A stretch of DNA of 64,000 nucleotides, from positions 62,001-126,000 of the forward strand of contig JAPEUI010000029.1 in NCBI GenBank assembly GCA_026025075.1, in the 5' to 3' direction. Shown here piece after piece: positions 11,540 to 23,207 of the stretch. Source of the stretch: Vezdaea acicularis. Taxonomy: Eukaryota. Each line of letters opens with the position of its first letter. The first letter of the stretch is position 1. Below the pieces are notes generated by a model. It saw only the letters and a list, made by a program, of their open reading frames with translations. It was not told where the DNA came from and ran no database searches. A program made the translations under genes and the position numbers.

Positions 11540-14500
11540 TTATTCCTCGTCCGAGAAGACTTCCTCGCCACGCTTTCGGCGGGCCATACGATCCTTCTTC
11601 TTCTTCCTGAGTTCCGCAGACGAAAGCTTCTTCTGTTTCTTGTTGCCATCGATCTTGTTACCCATCGCATCGAATCGCTCTTCCTCGTCATCCTTGTCAG
11701 TCAATCGTGGGCCAGAGCCTTGACCTTGGACCCAGTTATGGCCGGATGGAGTCATCTTGCCATCCATCACAGCCCACACTTCCTCAGTCAAGTCCTTGGT
11801 GAACTCGGCAGAGTGAGTGATGATGATTACACCACCCTCGAAAGCCTTGAGCGCCTTGGAAAGAGCACCGAGAGAATCGCGATCGAGGTAATTGGTGGGT
11901 TCATCGAGAACGATCAAGTGAGGTCGCTGCCAGGAGCAAGCAGCAAGGACGACCTTGACACGCTGACCACCCGAAAGGCCCCGCATACGAGAGTGAGATA
12001 CGAGCTCGGCATCTAGACCAAAGTGGGCGCAATGCTGCTCAATCTCCTTTCGGACAAGAGGACGGAATTGGCCGCTGGCCAATGCCTCCTTCTGATCAAC
12101 CTCAGAAACCATCTTTTGATGGGAAGCGAGGATCTCTGTACGGGGGATCCAGGCATTGTCGGCTGTCATCATCGGGGTCCACTTCTCGTTCTTCTGCCCG
12201 ACGTTCTCACCGAGGACGAACGAGCACTCATATTCGTAGGAGTTCTTGAACTTTCTCCGCGAGTGGATACCAATGACACGTCTCTGAGATCCCTCGATTC
12301 TGTAGATCTTGTCCATGGCCTTCTCATCATCATCAGTGATGATCTTGTTGGCACGATCCATGGTCTCCCTGTCCTCGCCCGTCTGGAATCGCCATTGGAT
12401 GTACTCGGATGGTGTCAGGTCCAAATGGTGATCAATGTGAGCGAAAGCGTGCTGCTTGATGTAGGCGATACGGATATTCTCGTGAGTGTACACGTTTCCG
12501 GAAGTTGGGATGAGTTCACCGGTCAGTACGTTGATCAAAGTGGACTTGCCAGCACCGTTGGGACCAATAACGGCGATACGAGAGCCAAGCGAGCACTGGA
12601 AAGAGATGTCGGAAATTTGAGGCTTCGATGTGCCAGGATACTGGAAAGTCATATCGCTGACACGAACAATGGCCTTCGCCTTGGTCTTGACACCCTCGAG
12701 AAAACCAGGCTCTGGGAACTTGAATTCCATGTCGGAGGCACCGAGCTCATAGTAGGAGCGAGCGGATGGTACCTTCTTGACGAACTCTGCGAGGTTACCG
12801 CGGTAACGCCTTAGCTTGTAACGCTCGTAGTGGATGACATGTTGAACAACGTTGTCGAGGAATTTGCTGTCGTGCGAGACGATGATCGATGTGCATGGCG
12901 ACTCTGTAAGGTACTTCTCCAACCACTGGACGTTCTTTACATCAAGATGGTTAGTCGGCTCATCGAGCAGGAGGATATCGGGTTCCTCAAAGACGGCACG
13001 AGCAAGCGCAAGCTTCATCTTCCAGCCACCAGAGAGGGAGGTAATGGGACCTTCGAATTGCTCTTGGAGGAAGCCGAACTCGAGCAGCTTCTTCTCGATC
13101 TGAGCCCGCTCAATCTTGACGCCAACTGCCGCAAGCCTCTCCTCGGTCCAGCCGATGACAGTCTTCTCGGTATCAGCAGAGTCGAGATCGTGCTCAACGA
13201 AGACAGTCTTGACTTCGTCCTTCTTTGGGAATCCCTCAACTTGCTCATTGTTGATAGCGCGCATCAATGTAGACTTGCCGGAACCATTAGGACCGCAGAG
13301 ACCATAACGCTGGCCACGCTTTAATCGAAGATGTGTCTGGTTGAGAAGAATCTTAGCACCATATGCCAAGTTGAAGGTGCAGTTGCAAAGATCCTCGCCC
13401 TCCTCGTCGTCCTCTTCAGACTCATCCTCATCAGCGGCGCCTGGAGAGGCACGCTTTCGGAGGGCGTCGGCAATCCCTCGAGCATCACTCTCACCAACAA
13501 CGGCAGTTATGTATGGCAGAGTGTTTTCGGTCCAGAGGGTGGTGTCATTGTCCTTCTCATCGATGAGTTGACCAGCAATGGCGGAAATGTAAGTGAGGCA
13601 AGGCTCGAATTTGGTGATAGCATCCTTGTGCTTGGGGCCGAAGACCTGCTTGAGAATAGCAAGCACAGTGGTGAGGTCACCAGCGTGCGAGACCTCCGGG
13701 ATCTTCCCGTCTTTGACGTTGCCAACGCGGATGAGCGTATCAAGACCCTGCCTGGTCTTTTCACGGGCTTCGGGATCAGCCAAGTTATCGTAGTTCTTCT
13801 CGAGGGCAGGCATCAACTTAGGTAGGAAGGCGGCGACGATCTGAGGATCCTCGACCAACTTGCACATGTTGTCCACGATGACAGCAGCCTTTCGCTTGAT
13901 TGCCGTCTCTCGCTCAGCAAGACCACGATCAAGAAGCGGGACCATGATGGCCAAAGTGGGCTCATGCACATCAGTGACGAAAGTGGTCGCACCGAGTAAG
14001 TGAACCGTCTCGGGGACGTGTTCTGGTTTCGCGATACACTTGATCAGTTCTGGAATGAAGCGCTCGATATCCTTGTTGACGATGAGGCCACAGACTTTTT
14101 CCATCGTGCCGAAAGCGTACTTCTTGACCTCTGGCTTGGTATCCCACATTGACTCAGAGACAACGGGAATGAGATCTGGGACTCGGAATGCGAGCTGTGC
14201 GGGTGCACTCTCGACCAGAGCCTCGATACACTTGAGACCAGTCAATTTCTCGGCCCACTTGTTGGCAGTGAGGATTGACTTGATGATGGCAGGAAGGACA
14301 GCCTTGACGGCGTTAGCGTTGATGGCCTTGACGATCGAAAGTGCTGCATCCTGTGCTGCGTTCTTGACTGAGGTGATCTTGTCACCAACGGCAGCAAGAG
14401 CAGACGGGAGAAGAGCGACGAGATAAGGCTCGACGACAGGGGAGACGGAGGAGTGCTGGGCGATGGCCGTGATGGCGTGGAGAGCACGTTCCCGAGCGCC

Positions 14501-14875
14501 GGCATCCTTCTTGTTGGCGAGTTGTTTCTTCAAAGCCTCGATGGTTCTGCAAATTACAATGTTAGCAACTAGATGGTTCGGAAGGTGGGCTCTAGTAGAG
14601 AACGAAATCTCGCCGGTCGCGTGCCGAATCGAGTGAATGGCACGCAGAGGGAGATGCACGGGGTATACTGACTTTGTGGGAGCATCGTGTTCTTCGATGG
14701 GACCGTTGATGAAGGTAGCGATACTGCCAGTGGCTGCGTTTGTCTCATCCTGGGACTTCGAGATGGACAGTTTGCTGAGCAGTTCGTCAAGCACTTTGAC
14801 GGATTGCTTGTTCTCTTTTGCCACAGCGGCTCCAGAGGAGTTGGCGGCTTCCATCACGTCGAGAGCGGGAGCCAT
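11540..14875 (-). CDS. YEF3: Translation elongation factor eEF3 (HEAT repeats, two ABC domains, chromodomain insert), one intron 14547-14672
   Basis: [65 protein letters not shown]-terminal [19 protein letters not shown]. Strong codon bias. Confidence 0.97.
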   Translation of the reverse strand: MAPALDVMEAANSSGAAVAKENKQSVKVLDELLSKLSISKSQDETNAATGSIATFINGPIEEHDAPTKSVYPVHLPLRAIHSIRHATGEISFSTRAHLPNHLVANIVICRTIEALKKQLANKKDAGARERALHAITAIAQHSSVSPVVEPYLVALLPSALAAVGDKITSVKNAAQDAALSIVKAINANAVKAVLPAIIKSILTANKWAEKLTGLKCIEALVESAPAQLAFRVPDLIPVVSESMWDTKPEVKKYAFGTMEKVCGLIVNKDIERFIPELIKCIAKPEHVPETVHLLGATTFVTDVHEPTLAIMVPLLDRGLAERETAIKRKAAVIVDNMCKLVEDPQIVAAFLPKLMPALEKNYDNLADPEAREKTRQGLDTLIRVGNVKDGKIPEVSHAGDLTTVLAILKQVFGPKHKDAITKFEPCLTYISAIAGQLIDEKDNDTTLWTENTLPYITAVVGESDARGIADALRKRASPGAADEDESEEDDEEGEDLCNCTFNLAYGAKILLNQTHLRLKRGQRYGLCGPNGSGKSTLMRAINNEQVEGFPKKDEVKTVFVEHDLDSADTEKTVIGWTEERLAAVGVKIERAQIEKKLLEFGFLQEQFEGPITSLSGGWKMKLALARAVFEEPDILLLDEPTNHLDVKNVQWLEKYLTESPCTSIIVSHDSKFLDNVVQHVIHYERYKLRRYRGNLAEFVKKVPSARSYYELGASDMEFKFPEPGFLEGVKTKAKAIVRVSDMTFQYPGTSKPQISDISFQCSLGSRIAVIGPNGAGKSTLINVLTGELIPTSGNVYTHENIRIAYIKQHAFAHIDHHLDLTPSEYIQWRFQTGEDRETMDRANKIITDDDEKAMDKIYRIEGSQRRVIGIHSRRKFKNSYEYECSFVLGENVGQKNEKWTPMMTADNAWIPRTEILASHQKMVSEVDQKEALASGQFRPLVRKEIEQHCAHFGLDAELVSHSRMRGLSGGQRVKVVLAACSWQRPHLIVLDEPTNYLDRDSLGALSKALKAFEGGVIIITHSAEFTKDLTEEVWAVMDGKMTPSGHNWVQGQGSGPRLTDKDDEEERFDAMGNKIDGNKKQKKLSSAELRKKKKDRMARRKRGEEVFSDEE

Positions 14876-17683
14876 GAGTTCTGTCGGTTTCGGAGTGGAG
14901 ATTTTAGATGGCTGAGAGATGGTTTTTGAAGGTGGTGGATGGAGGGTGGAAGGTTCTCGAGCGGTGAAAATGCTGATGAATTACTCAAAAATCTAGTCTC
15001 GGGTATGGAACACAAGGCCACGGACTGTGTGCAGTCCGTTCTATGGTGGCTTCTCTATTCTATGTAGCCGGGTACGAGCAAGAAATCTATCGACTCTTGG
15101 ACAGAAAGAGAAAAAAGGTCGCAGAGAGCGTAGACGGTTGGTCAGGAAGGAGAAGGAGAGAGGGGGCCCGGAGTGAGGCGTGGAGCGAGACTTATATCAA
15201 AGGCGGCGCAGAATTTTTTTCCTTCGGTCGGCGGCGCGTCTGTGTGGGTTGGGGGGTTGGCCGGGAAGGGGGATTTGATTGGGATCGGCCGCGGACGCGG
15301 ATTGGTGGAATGGGCCAGGGCGGGCTGCTCCTGCTCCCCCAAATAGGCGCAGTGCGTCCCTTATCAACCGCGGCCAGGGGGTGGGCCCAGGCGTGCCCTC
15401 TGCCTCACCGACACCTCCTGTGCCTGCGCCCGGCAGCCTTGCAGCCCGTCGCCGGTGACAGCCAGCCATGGTCGATCGCCCTTGGGCGCTTTGACCAGCG
15501 TCGCACGTATTTTTATCGAACTCGAGGCCAGACCGCAGATTGAGCGCGAGATGGGTCAAGGGAAAGGTCCATCGTCTCTGCTCTCTTCGAGTGCAAGGAG
15601 CAGTAGCGTTCAAGACCACCACTACTCGATGAACATCCCCGAAGAGTGCTCGACCGCAGCCACCGTCATCATTGAGTTCTGACCTCCCCTCCACGCTTCT
15701 ATTTTCCGCCACCCTCCGCCCGCAACCCGAGGCGACGCCCATTACTCATGCGGTGATGCGCGCTGATTGTCAGCACGACACGACCGAAACGAGGAACGAG
15801 GAGGACGACGAAGGGCCGCTTCTACGCGCACGTTGCGGTGCCTCCGTCATCGTTACACATCACTCATCATGGCTGATGACTGGGATTCTGGGACGATTGG
15901 ATCGAGTCACGAAATGGACGAGGCCTCCTTTGATACTCGCCGCCTTCACAAACGCACGCTGTACGGACTGTCTGTGTACTTTCCAGACCAACTCCCATCT
16001 ACGCGCCTGCGTCGAGACTTCCCCCGTCTTGGCCACCCTCTTCTCCCAACGGAGACCGCTCCCTTCGAGAATGGGGCAGGGCGGTTTTGTCTCGAACGGG
16101 CCGTTCCACGACCACCCAATCCACTGAGATGAGACAGCGCCGTGTCTGGCGGGTGGCTGGAACGTCCCAATCTCGCTCGACCCTCTGGCGCGTATCACAT
16201 TCCCAGCTCCTATCCCCTTTCTCCACGACCCGCGCAAAAACCCCTCCTTCCCCTTCTCAGCTCCATCGCATCCAACTGGCGGCGAGCGGTTGACAGACCG
16301 TGGCCTTTCATTGCATGTATGCCCGACGCGGGATGGTCCTGACCGACTGGCGAAACCCATTCAATACCTCCATGCCCGTCACCTCAACAGATTCGGGTTG
16401 CGGAACGGCGTGGATCAACGTGCAGCGCGTGGGGTTGGGCCATCCACGGACTCAACGGGGACCAAGTCACCGCCTCTTCCACCGGATCCATCATCCATCA
16501 TCCAGTAGTCAGCCTTAAGTGCGCGCTAATGCACCGGGCGTCCCTTCAGAGATTTCATCCGAGCCGAAGCCGGAAAATCCGCATCTTCCTCGTCGTCGCT
16601 CCCGACCAAACTTCACCTGCCTCCACCTTTATCACTTATCAGCAACTTCCCCGGATTCTCGTTTACGCGCTCCACTTTTCTTGATAAAGCTCGAGCTAGC
16701 TTACCTGCTCTTCTCCGCATTTCACTAGGCCGACTTGGGTGCAGCGCCGGGTGCCTTGGAAGTCACGTGGGCTGCGCTTCCGCGTGGGCATTTTAAAAGC
16801 ACAATTTTGCATTGGGGACTCATTCATGTGGCCTATAAACTATTATTTACAGCTATAAAAGTCGTCAGATGCTTCATTTGAGCGTCTGTATTGCATGTCT
16901 TGCTCTTCCGTTGTCGCTGTCCGTCCGGTGCTAGCGGCTTTCCACGCACGAAGCGCCCCAAAGATAGGGCAAGGCCCCTGACCACGAATTGAAATCTCAA
17001 ATGAAGATCAAGCAGCCGTCGAGAATCTTCTGGACTGGGAAAACCTTGGGGCACATACTGTGTCCCATCTTCCACCCCTCAATACTGCGTGGTGCGAGGG
17101 GACCCGCCGAAGCAGCAATGTCTGGCGATGGTGACCACTCCTCTGCTAGCTCATAGCCATACCCTATCTTATACTTCCCTTCGTATTCGTCGTACCCAAG
17201 GTTGTCGCCGCACTGTTAAATCGCGTCTGTCAAGTCTTCGTAGTGAGCTCGACTTAAACTAACCAAGTCGAACCCATTTAGCGACGATGCTCCATCTCAT
17301 GAAATCGATTCCAGTCGACGAAGTCGCTCCCATGTGATGAAGCCGAGTGTATGTAACGAAATTGGTTTCATGTCGCGACGTCGATTTCATGGGAGGAGGT
17401 CGAGTGAAGCTTACAAAGGAAGAGCACTTCCACGCGGTGCTGGATGGCTCGCCCAAAGGCGTACAGCTCCGACCGTCTAGCCTTCCCAGCTTGGAGTCTT
17501 ACGGTCCGCGGCTAGATTGAAGTTGGATTGAATATGATATATCTGCAATTGCTGTAGGACCAGGCTATATCCATCCCTAGGTAAATGCTAAGGGAAAAAA
17601 GGGGTCATGCTATCGTCCATTGTGTAAGCCGTCGCCAACTAATAGAATCGGGTTACTTTTCGTCCAGTCTTGCATCCAGGACT

Positions 17684-18739
17684 TTATAATTCCCCCAGTT
17701 TCGCAGAGAGATCCTCCCAGATGAGCCCATCACGCGAGCCGCAGCATGCTATAGAGACATATGTCGCGTTACATGGACAGGCCATGATTTCCATATCCTG
17801 TGCACTGCGTTTGCCCATCAGACTGCTGCTCCTCGAGCGCGATACGCAGCTCGCTCCAAAAAACAGGTTTGTAACCCCCAAGATCAAATTCCCAACATGC
17901 TGAGCTTTGCAAAGGCACTGAAAAGGGCATTTTCGCGGGTTGGAGCATTCTCCACCACACGCCACGGGCTCGGGCTCAAACCCCGCTTTTCGTCGTGGAA
18001 CGGGGGCGGGCATGACCCTTCTTGGTTGTGGCGGTGGCGTAGCTATTGGACCCAGACGTGCGAACCATTTTTTCGAAGTCTGAGATACGAGGGTTTGCAC
18101 CATCAATCCAGCAACGCCTGTATGGGTCACGATGAGACCTGACGACGCTGTGTTGATGATGTACTCGGTACCCAGCACCTCTTGCGGAAGAGTGACGAAA
18201 CCCTTACGGGAATGAAACTTCAGCTCCTCTTCGGGCTCAATACATTTGCATTTGAGTATGCAGTACAGCAATGTCGGGAAAGGCCGGATTTCGATCCGTC
18301 CGATAGTCAGCCATGGCGCCCATTGGACGAATGATGGGCGTGAAGCCTTGCAACGCATTCGAGCGTTCGCCTCTGGGTTTCCGTGGTAGGCGCACATGTT
18401 CGTCAGGTCACTGAATCGGACATCCCGCAGTCGACGGTCTGATCGACTGCCATAGGGATCTTCCCACCATGGTAGTGGCCCGCTGCAAGTGATATGATCG
18501 CCGCCATGATCACGAGCTTCCAGCCCGTTTGGGGTAGCCCGGGCTTGTCGAGAAAAGGTCGTATGTGTCGGCTTCGCCGTTATCTCGTGGGATGATAGCT
18601 GGCATAAAGCTGGTGTTGTATAAAGGGCAATCGTCCACAGGACAAAGCAGAGTGAGAAGCCGCTGGCTGGACGCCTAAGGGCATGGCGGGAACAAAAAGA
18701 TACAAACGCTAGAAACGAAGAGAGAATAAAAAGCACCAT
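17684..18739 (-). CDS. Putative secreted cysteine-rich protein with two Cys-rich modules, function unknown
   Basis: 351-aa intronless ORF with hydrophobic N-terminus. Module 1: TCSGPLP...C...C...YCILKCKC. Module 2: CGGECSNPRKCPFQCLC...KR...CPCNATYVSIACC..DGLIWE. Confidence 0.75.
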   Translation of the reverse strand: MVLFILSSFLAFVSFCSRHALRRPASGFSLCFVLWTIALYTTPALCQLSSHEITAKPTHTTFSRQARATPNGLEARDHGGDHITCSGPLPWWEDPYGSRSDRRLRDVRFSDLTNMCAYHGNPEANARMRCKASRPSFVQWAPWLTIGRIEIRPFPTLLYCILKCKCIEPEEELKFHSRKGFVTLPQEVLGTEYIINTASSGLIVTHTGVAGLMVQTLVSQTSKKWFARLGPIATPPPQPRRVMPAPVPRRKAGFEPEPVACGGECSNPRKCPFQCLCKAQHVGNLILGVTNLFFGASCVSRSRSSSLMGKRSAQDMEIMACPCNATYVSIACCGSRDGLIWEDLSAKLGEL

Positions 18740-19919
18740 CGTGCTTAAGTATCAATGATGACGATCTGTGAAGGAAGGCATCTCTCCAAAGATCAGGCCT
18801 GTTCTTCACGAAATAACGCAAGGAAATTTGACAGGTGGGAGCAGAATTAGATGATGGCCGTAAAGTCTTATCAACCGAGAACCCTGAGACCTAGAAACGC
18901 GCACGTCCCTATTGTTTCAAGTATGATCGCGAGAGAGAAGCATTCATGTCTTAAAAAGTCGGCGTGACAGACCTCCGCGCCGACGACATCAAAGACGAAG
19001 TCGAGGCCGAAGCGGTTAAGTGAGGAGAACCTGTTACGAGCACGCAGCTACGCGCCTCCGCCCAGGATCACCATAAAACAAGCAATACCAAGCTTTACCA
19101 AGCTTTCTCTGGCGTTCTAGGACCCTGTCACAGTCAAGGGTGATCTTCCATCAGCGGACGAATAGAGCCAAAGGTTGGATGCAATGAGATGGTGAACTCT
19201 CCAATGAATGGTTGGCCATCCTTTGGCGCTGAGGGCAAACGTTTCAAGCAGGTGGGTCCCAGCGCCGTGACGCGGCCGGCATCTCTTCGGATCCCTCCCC
19301 TTCGAGCAGCCTCTGCCTCATCCAGAGACTTCTGCAGAACGTGTCACAAAGCCGTCTGCACATGGGGGCTGCCGCCTATGACTCGAAGGGCGACCGATCA
19401 CGCATTTCCAGATGCCGATGGACGTCGATTGGTGCCTTATGCGGCTCCGTGAAACGCGGTCCCACCAATCCTGCGCTAGAGTTTTCTCCTGATTGCGTGT
19501 ATCTTTTTCTCCTTCTTCATCTTTCGGCCCATAGAATTTTTCTATGCTGGCGTGACGCGCGCAGCAGGAGAATATGAGATCGGCGCTGTTTCTTTCCTGT
19601 TCTTGGCGCTGTCCTCGCGGCTCTATGGGCGTTTCATTAGGGGAGAAGCTTGCCGATGTTCAACAGGTTTCCATATAAGAGGCATTCACCTCTTCTTTAC
19701 TTTTCATTCAACACACACTCCTTTCAGAAGCAGGCTCTTCTCGTTCACGTTCTTGAAAGCCTAACACATTGCTCAGCTTTCAACGCTTTCGTTGTCAGAC
19801 CATTCACTTCCCTCCTTATAAATATTCTGCTGGCAGAAATCAACTGTTTCCACAAACCTTCCTACAACATCAACTGAACTCGCATTGCCGGCGTTCAAAA
19901 GTTTATCACAGTCATCAAC

Positions 19920-20462
19920 ATGAAGCCATCTTCAGCCGTCATTCTTCTCCTTTCTTTCCTCGGACCGTCCGTGGTCCTTGGCGTTCCCCAAAACTATTGT
20001 TGGACTACCCCTCCTTCCCTTCCATATGCCCACTGACATTCCTCAGACGCCGCGCCAACCTCCACCTTGGATTCTGTGGCAAGCTCCACCGCTGCAGGCT
20101 CTACTGCCATCTACACTCTCCCCGACCAAAGCCCAGGCGCCGTCCCAACCCCACCGCCCGAAGTCTATTACCCGTCGAACGGCAACGTCTCTCATCCCTC
20201 GCACCATGGGAACGGGACACACCCCCACCATCACCACCAAAACGGCACCTACGCAGATTACGAGCACCACAACGGGACTTACGCACATCACGTGAACGGT
20301 ACCGAATTCGAATATACCCATCACAATGGGACGAACGGGCATCACAAGAATGGGACGGAGCTCGAACATCACCATCATCTTCACAATGGGTCCAAGCCGA
20401 TGAACTTCACTGGCGCTGGTGAGGATCCGAGTGGTGCGGACGTGTATCCCACGCCGTATTAG
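19920..20462 (+). CDS. Secreted His-rich protein with repeated NGT N-glycosylation sequons, 2 exons
   Basis: Signal-like MKPSSAVILLLSFLGPSVVLG from ATG 19920. A predicted 48-nt intron 19999-20046 (GTTGGA...CTGAC...CAG) removes an in-frame TGA and joins to ORF 20067-20462. TATA-like element near 19817. Confidence 0.75.
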
Positions 20463-20889
20463 TAGGGGTTCTCTAGATCCGAGAGAGCTCGTGCATGTGC
20501 GTGATATATGGGAAGGGAGTGTTGATGTAGGAACTAGCTGCCGGCCGGTGCAAGCCTACGAGATACTGGAGTTTTAGAGCTGCGTGAGAGGGCTTCAGTG
20601 AAAACCAGCAGCGTGCTCAATAGATAGGAATACAAGAGGCTCTCACACATCCATTTTCAGCACGAAGGAGTGTAATACTTGTGAATGGAATGATTCGCGT
20701 AATTCCTAACAGCTCATCAAGAGTAATCTGTACTGTTCTCCCAGCCACCAGCTAGCTTCTAAGATAATCGCATAAAACCCCACTTCATAGGCATTCCTCG
20801 CATCAGCCAAAGCCCCGAGCGTTCTTGATATCGTAGTCGTTGTCATTTTGGTCAGATGCCGTAATGCTCGTTCTGTTCAAGTTCTGGTT

Positions 20890-21261
20890 CTAGCAGCATC
20901 GCTCCGAGCAGCCGCAACCGCAGATATCGCAACTACAGTATTCCCTATTTGCTCGTGGTCAGCCCTTATATGTCCTATCAACCGTCCGTTGCATTGCCGT
21001 CGGTAGCGATATGTGTGTGTGAAGCCTTGGGACAGACAGGGCAGTAGCAAGGTGGACTCACCCGCCACGAAGGCTCATCTGTGGTTGTGGTTGGGCCTTC
21101 TGGTAGGTCGTCAGTATCTATTGATAGTATGTAGATGGGAGGAGGTGAGAAGAGAGCGATTTTAGGGCGGAGCTTACAGGCTGGTCCATCTCGATGCGCT
21201 CACCCTCCGGCTGAGCGGTCATCGGCGTCGGAGTTTGAGGTTGAGACTGTTCAGGAAGCAT
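20890..21261 (-). CDS. 58-aa Pro/Gln-rich protein with SLRGG motif and 7-Cys C-terminal tail (CYSTM-like or metallothionein-like), 3 exons
   Basis: Exons 21261-21178, 21099-21062 and 20944-20890. Donors GTAAGC/GTGAGT, CTGAC branch sites, acceptors CAG/TAG. Product MLPEQSQPQTPTPMTAQPEGERIEMDQPKAQPQPQMSLRGGEYCSCDICGCGCSERCC. Confidence 0.8.
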
Positions 21262-22293
21262 GATGAAGTGGGTCGTGGTTGACAATAGCTCAGGCTTAAA
21301 GCGGGATATTCAATTGGTAGAATTGATGCTGCGAGTACTGGTGTTGAGCGGGAGTCAGGAGAATGAAAGGGGGGGCTTTCCCACCGTATTTATGTGGTGG
21401 CTGCACGCAAACCGGAAAAAGCTTGGATTGCTCCTGGGGCTGATCCCGTCTCGCTTGTTCGCTGCTGCCCCGCCAAGACCGCCAATGGGCATGCGCATCG
21501 CAGGCACCACCACGGGAAAAGGGCAATCGCATTCGAGCGCCTGCGCCACCCTCACTCGCTTGTGCCCATCCCGCAACTGCTTCAGCTGGAGGTGTAGCGT
21601 AGCGCGGTGTACGCCGAACGATGGTATTGCTCCGATCAGATCAGGTGGGACGGTTGGCGTGAACTTGTCCCGCATGCGATTCCCAAGGACCATGGAGCTG
21701 AAGCTTTTGGTTCAGGAGGGAATGTTGGTGGAGTGCCGTTCTAACTAGTTTAGGGCAGGAGATTCTCTTGGCGGTGGCTTGCTATCTGTTGCGAGTAATT
21801 TACTTAGCCGCTTCCTTTTTGGTGCGTTCGCGGTGAGGGCAGGCTTGACGACGTCGGATAATTTGGACGGCCCATGTGACGTGCACGCAGGCCGTGGTCT
21901 TGAGATAGGCTTTTGCCAAGGCAGTCCGCTCATATACACTTATACAGCTCTAACCCTTTGAGCTTTCGACGCTGCTCCGCACGGGTCGAATGAGCCACGA
22001 CTAACGTTACTTCCGGCGGGACGAATGTCATATCGGCCTAATCTGCTTGTACCGGGCCATTTGGCAAAGGAAAAGAGGTATACTCAACACGTTCTGGCTA
22101 CTGGATGCTACGCCTCGGACGTCACAAAAGTAATGCAATAGGAAGGATACCGTACAGTCGTATGAATCATGAGCTACCTCTGCCTACAAGCAATGTACTC
22201 CCCATTCCTAATTCCCCGTATCCTTCAATAGTAACACAAGAAATCACAGTCTTTGAAGAACCACGACTCATCTGACCAAACTATGCTGCCATC

Positions 22294-23207
22294 TTAATCG
22301 GAATCAGAGCTGCTACTACTACCACTCTCTAAGCCTCGGCTACGGCTACGGCTTCCATCACGGCTGCGATGGTGTCGGTGCTTCTTATGCTTTCCATGAG
22401 CACTCAACATCCCTGAAGCGCTGCCACCATACAAGCCGCCAAGCGCTCCGGAGCTGGCACCCTCCGAGCCTCCACCCCAGCTTGAGCCGCCGTATGAAGA
22501 TGCATCTTCGGAGTGCTTGTGATGTTTATGTTTCTTCTCTTTCTTGTGGTGTTCGGACAGCGCGTTTGCACCAAGAGCCCCGGCTACGATGCCGCCAACT
22601 GTTGCGAGTGGACCATGACCAACTTTGTGACCGAGAAAGCCGCCCTATTCATGAAAATTTGGATTAGGCTATGTCGCTCAGCTAATATAGAGTAACTTAC
22701 ACCTGCAGCACCTAGCAAAGCTGAGCCTAGACCCCTTTCTCCCTCTGCTCCTGGCGCTCCCGGCTCTCCTGGAGCACCGCCAGGACCGCCTTGGCGGTCG
22801 TCAGTTCCGTAGCCTGGACCATAACCTGGACCGTAACCTTGTGAAGTGGCGTTTGCCTGGTGTGAAGACGGATACTGCTCGCCATATCCTGGCGCACCAT
22901 ATTCTGGTTGGGCTGTGGGGTTGTGCTGCTGATAGGGAACCGGCGCATTGTAATCGGCCTGCTGGGGCGGATAAGTCGGCGCGCCGTATTGTTCCTGTCC
23001 TGCGTAGCCATGTTGAGGGGCACCGTACTGTCCGGCGTCTGGCACACCATGTGGAGGCTGCGGCGATGGAGTGCCAAATGCTGGCTGTTGTGGGGGAGCA
23101 CCGTATTTACCTGGGTCGGGACCACCATACGCGCCGGCTGGCGGCGGAACGTGGCTACCTTGAGGCTGGTAGCCTTGGTTGGCGCCGTAGTATCCGTCGC
23201 CTGACAT
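22294..23207 (-). CDS. Low-complexity Gly/Pro/Tyr/Gln-rich protein with glycine-zipper segment and His/Lys/Arg/Ser-rich tail, 2 exons
   Basis: Exon 1 23207-22701, intron 22700-22645 (GTAAGT...CTAAT...TAG). Exon 2 reads GGFLGHKVGHGPLATVGGIVAGALGANAL...HKKHRHHRSRDGSRSRSR...SSSSDSD*. Confidence 0.85.

Noticed and set aside
11522..14426. Long plus-strand ORFs antisense to eEF3
   Set aside because: Expected shadow of strong codon bias; no protein-like motifs.
14900..17600. Many short ORFs upstream of eEF3
   Set aside because: GC-rich intergenic DNA; no coherent spliced model could be built.
21260..21961. Several 60-160 aa ORFs upstream of the 58-aa gene
   Set aside because: Overlapping on both strands with no motifs or codon bias; probably promoter/UTR.
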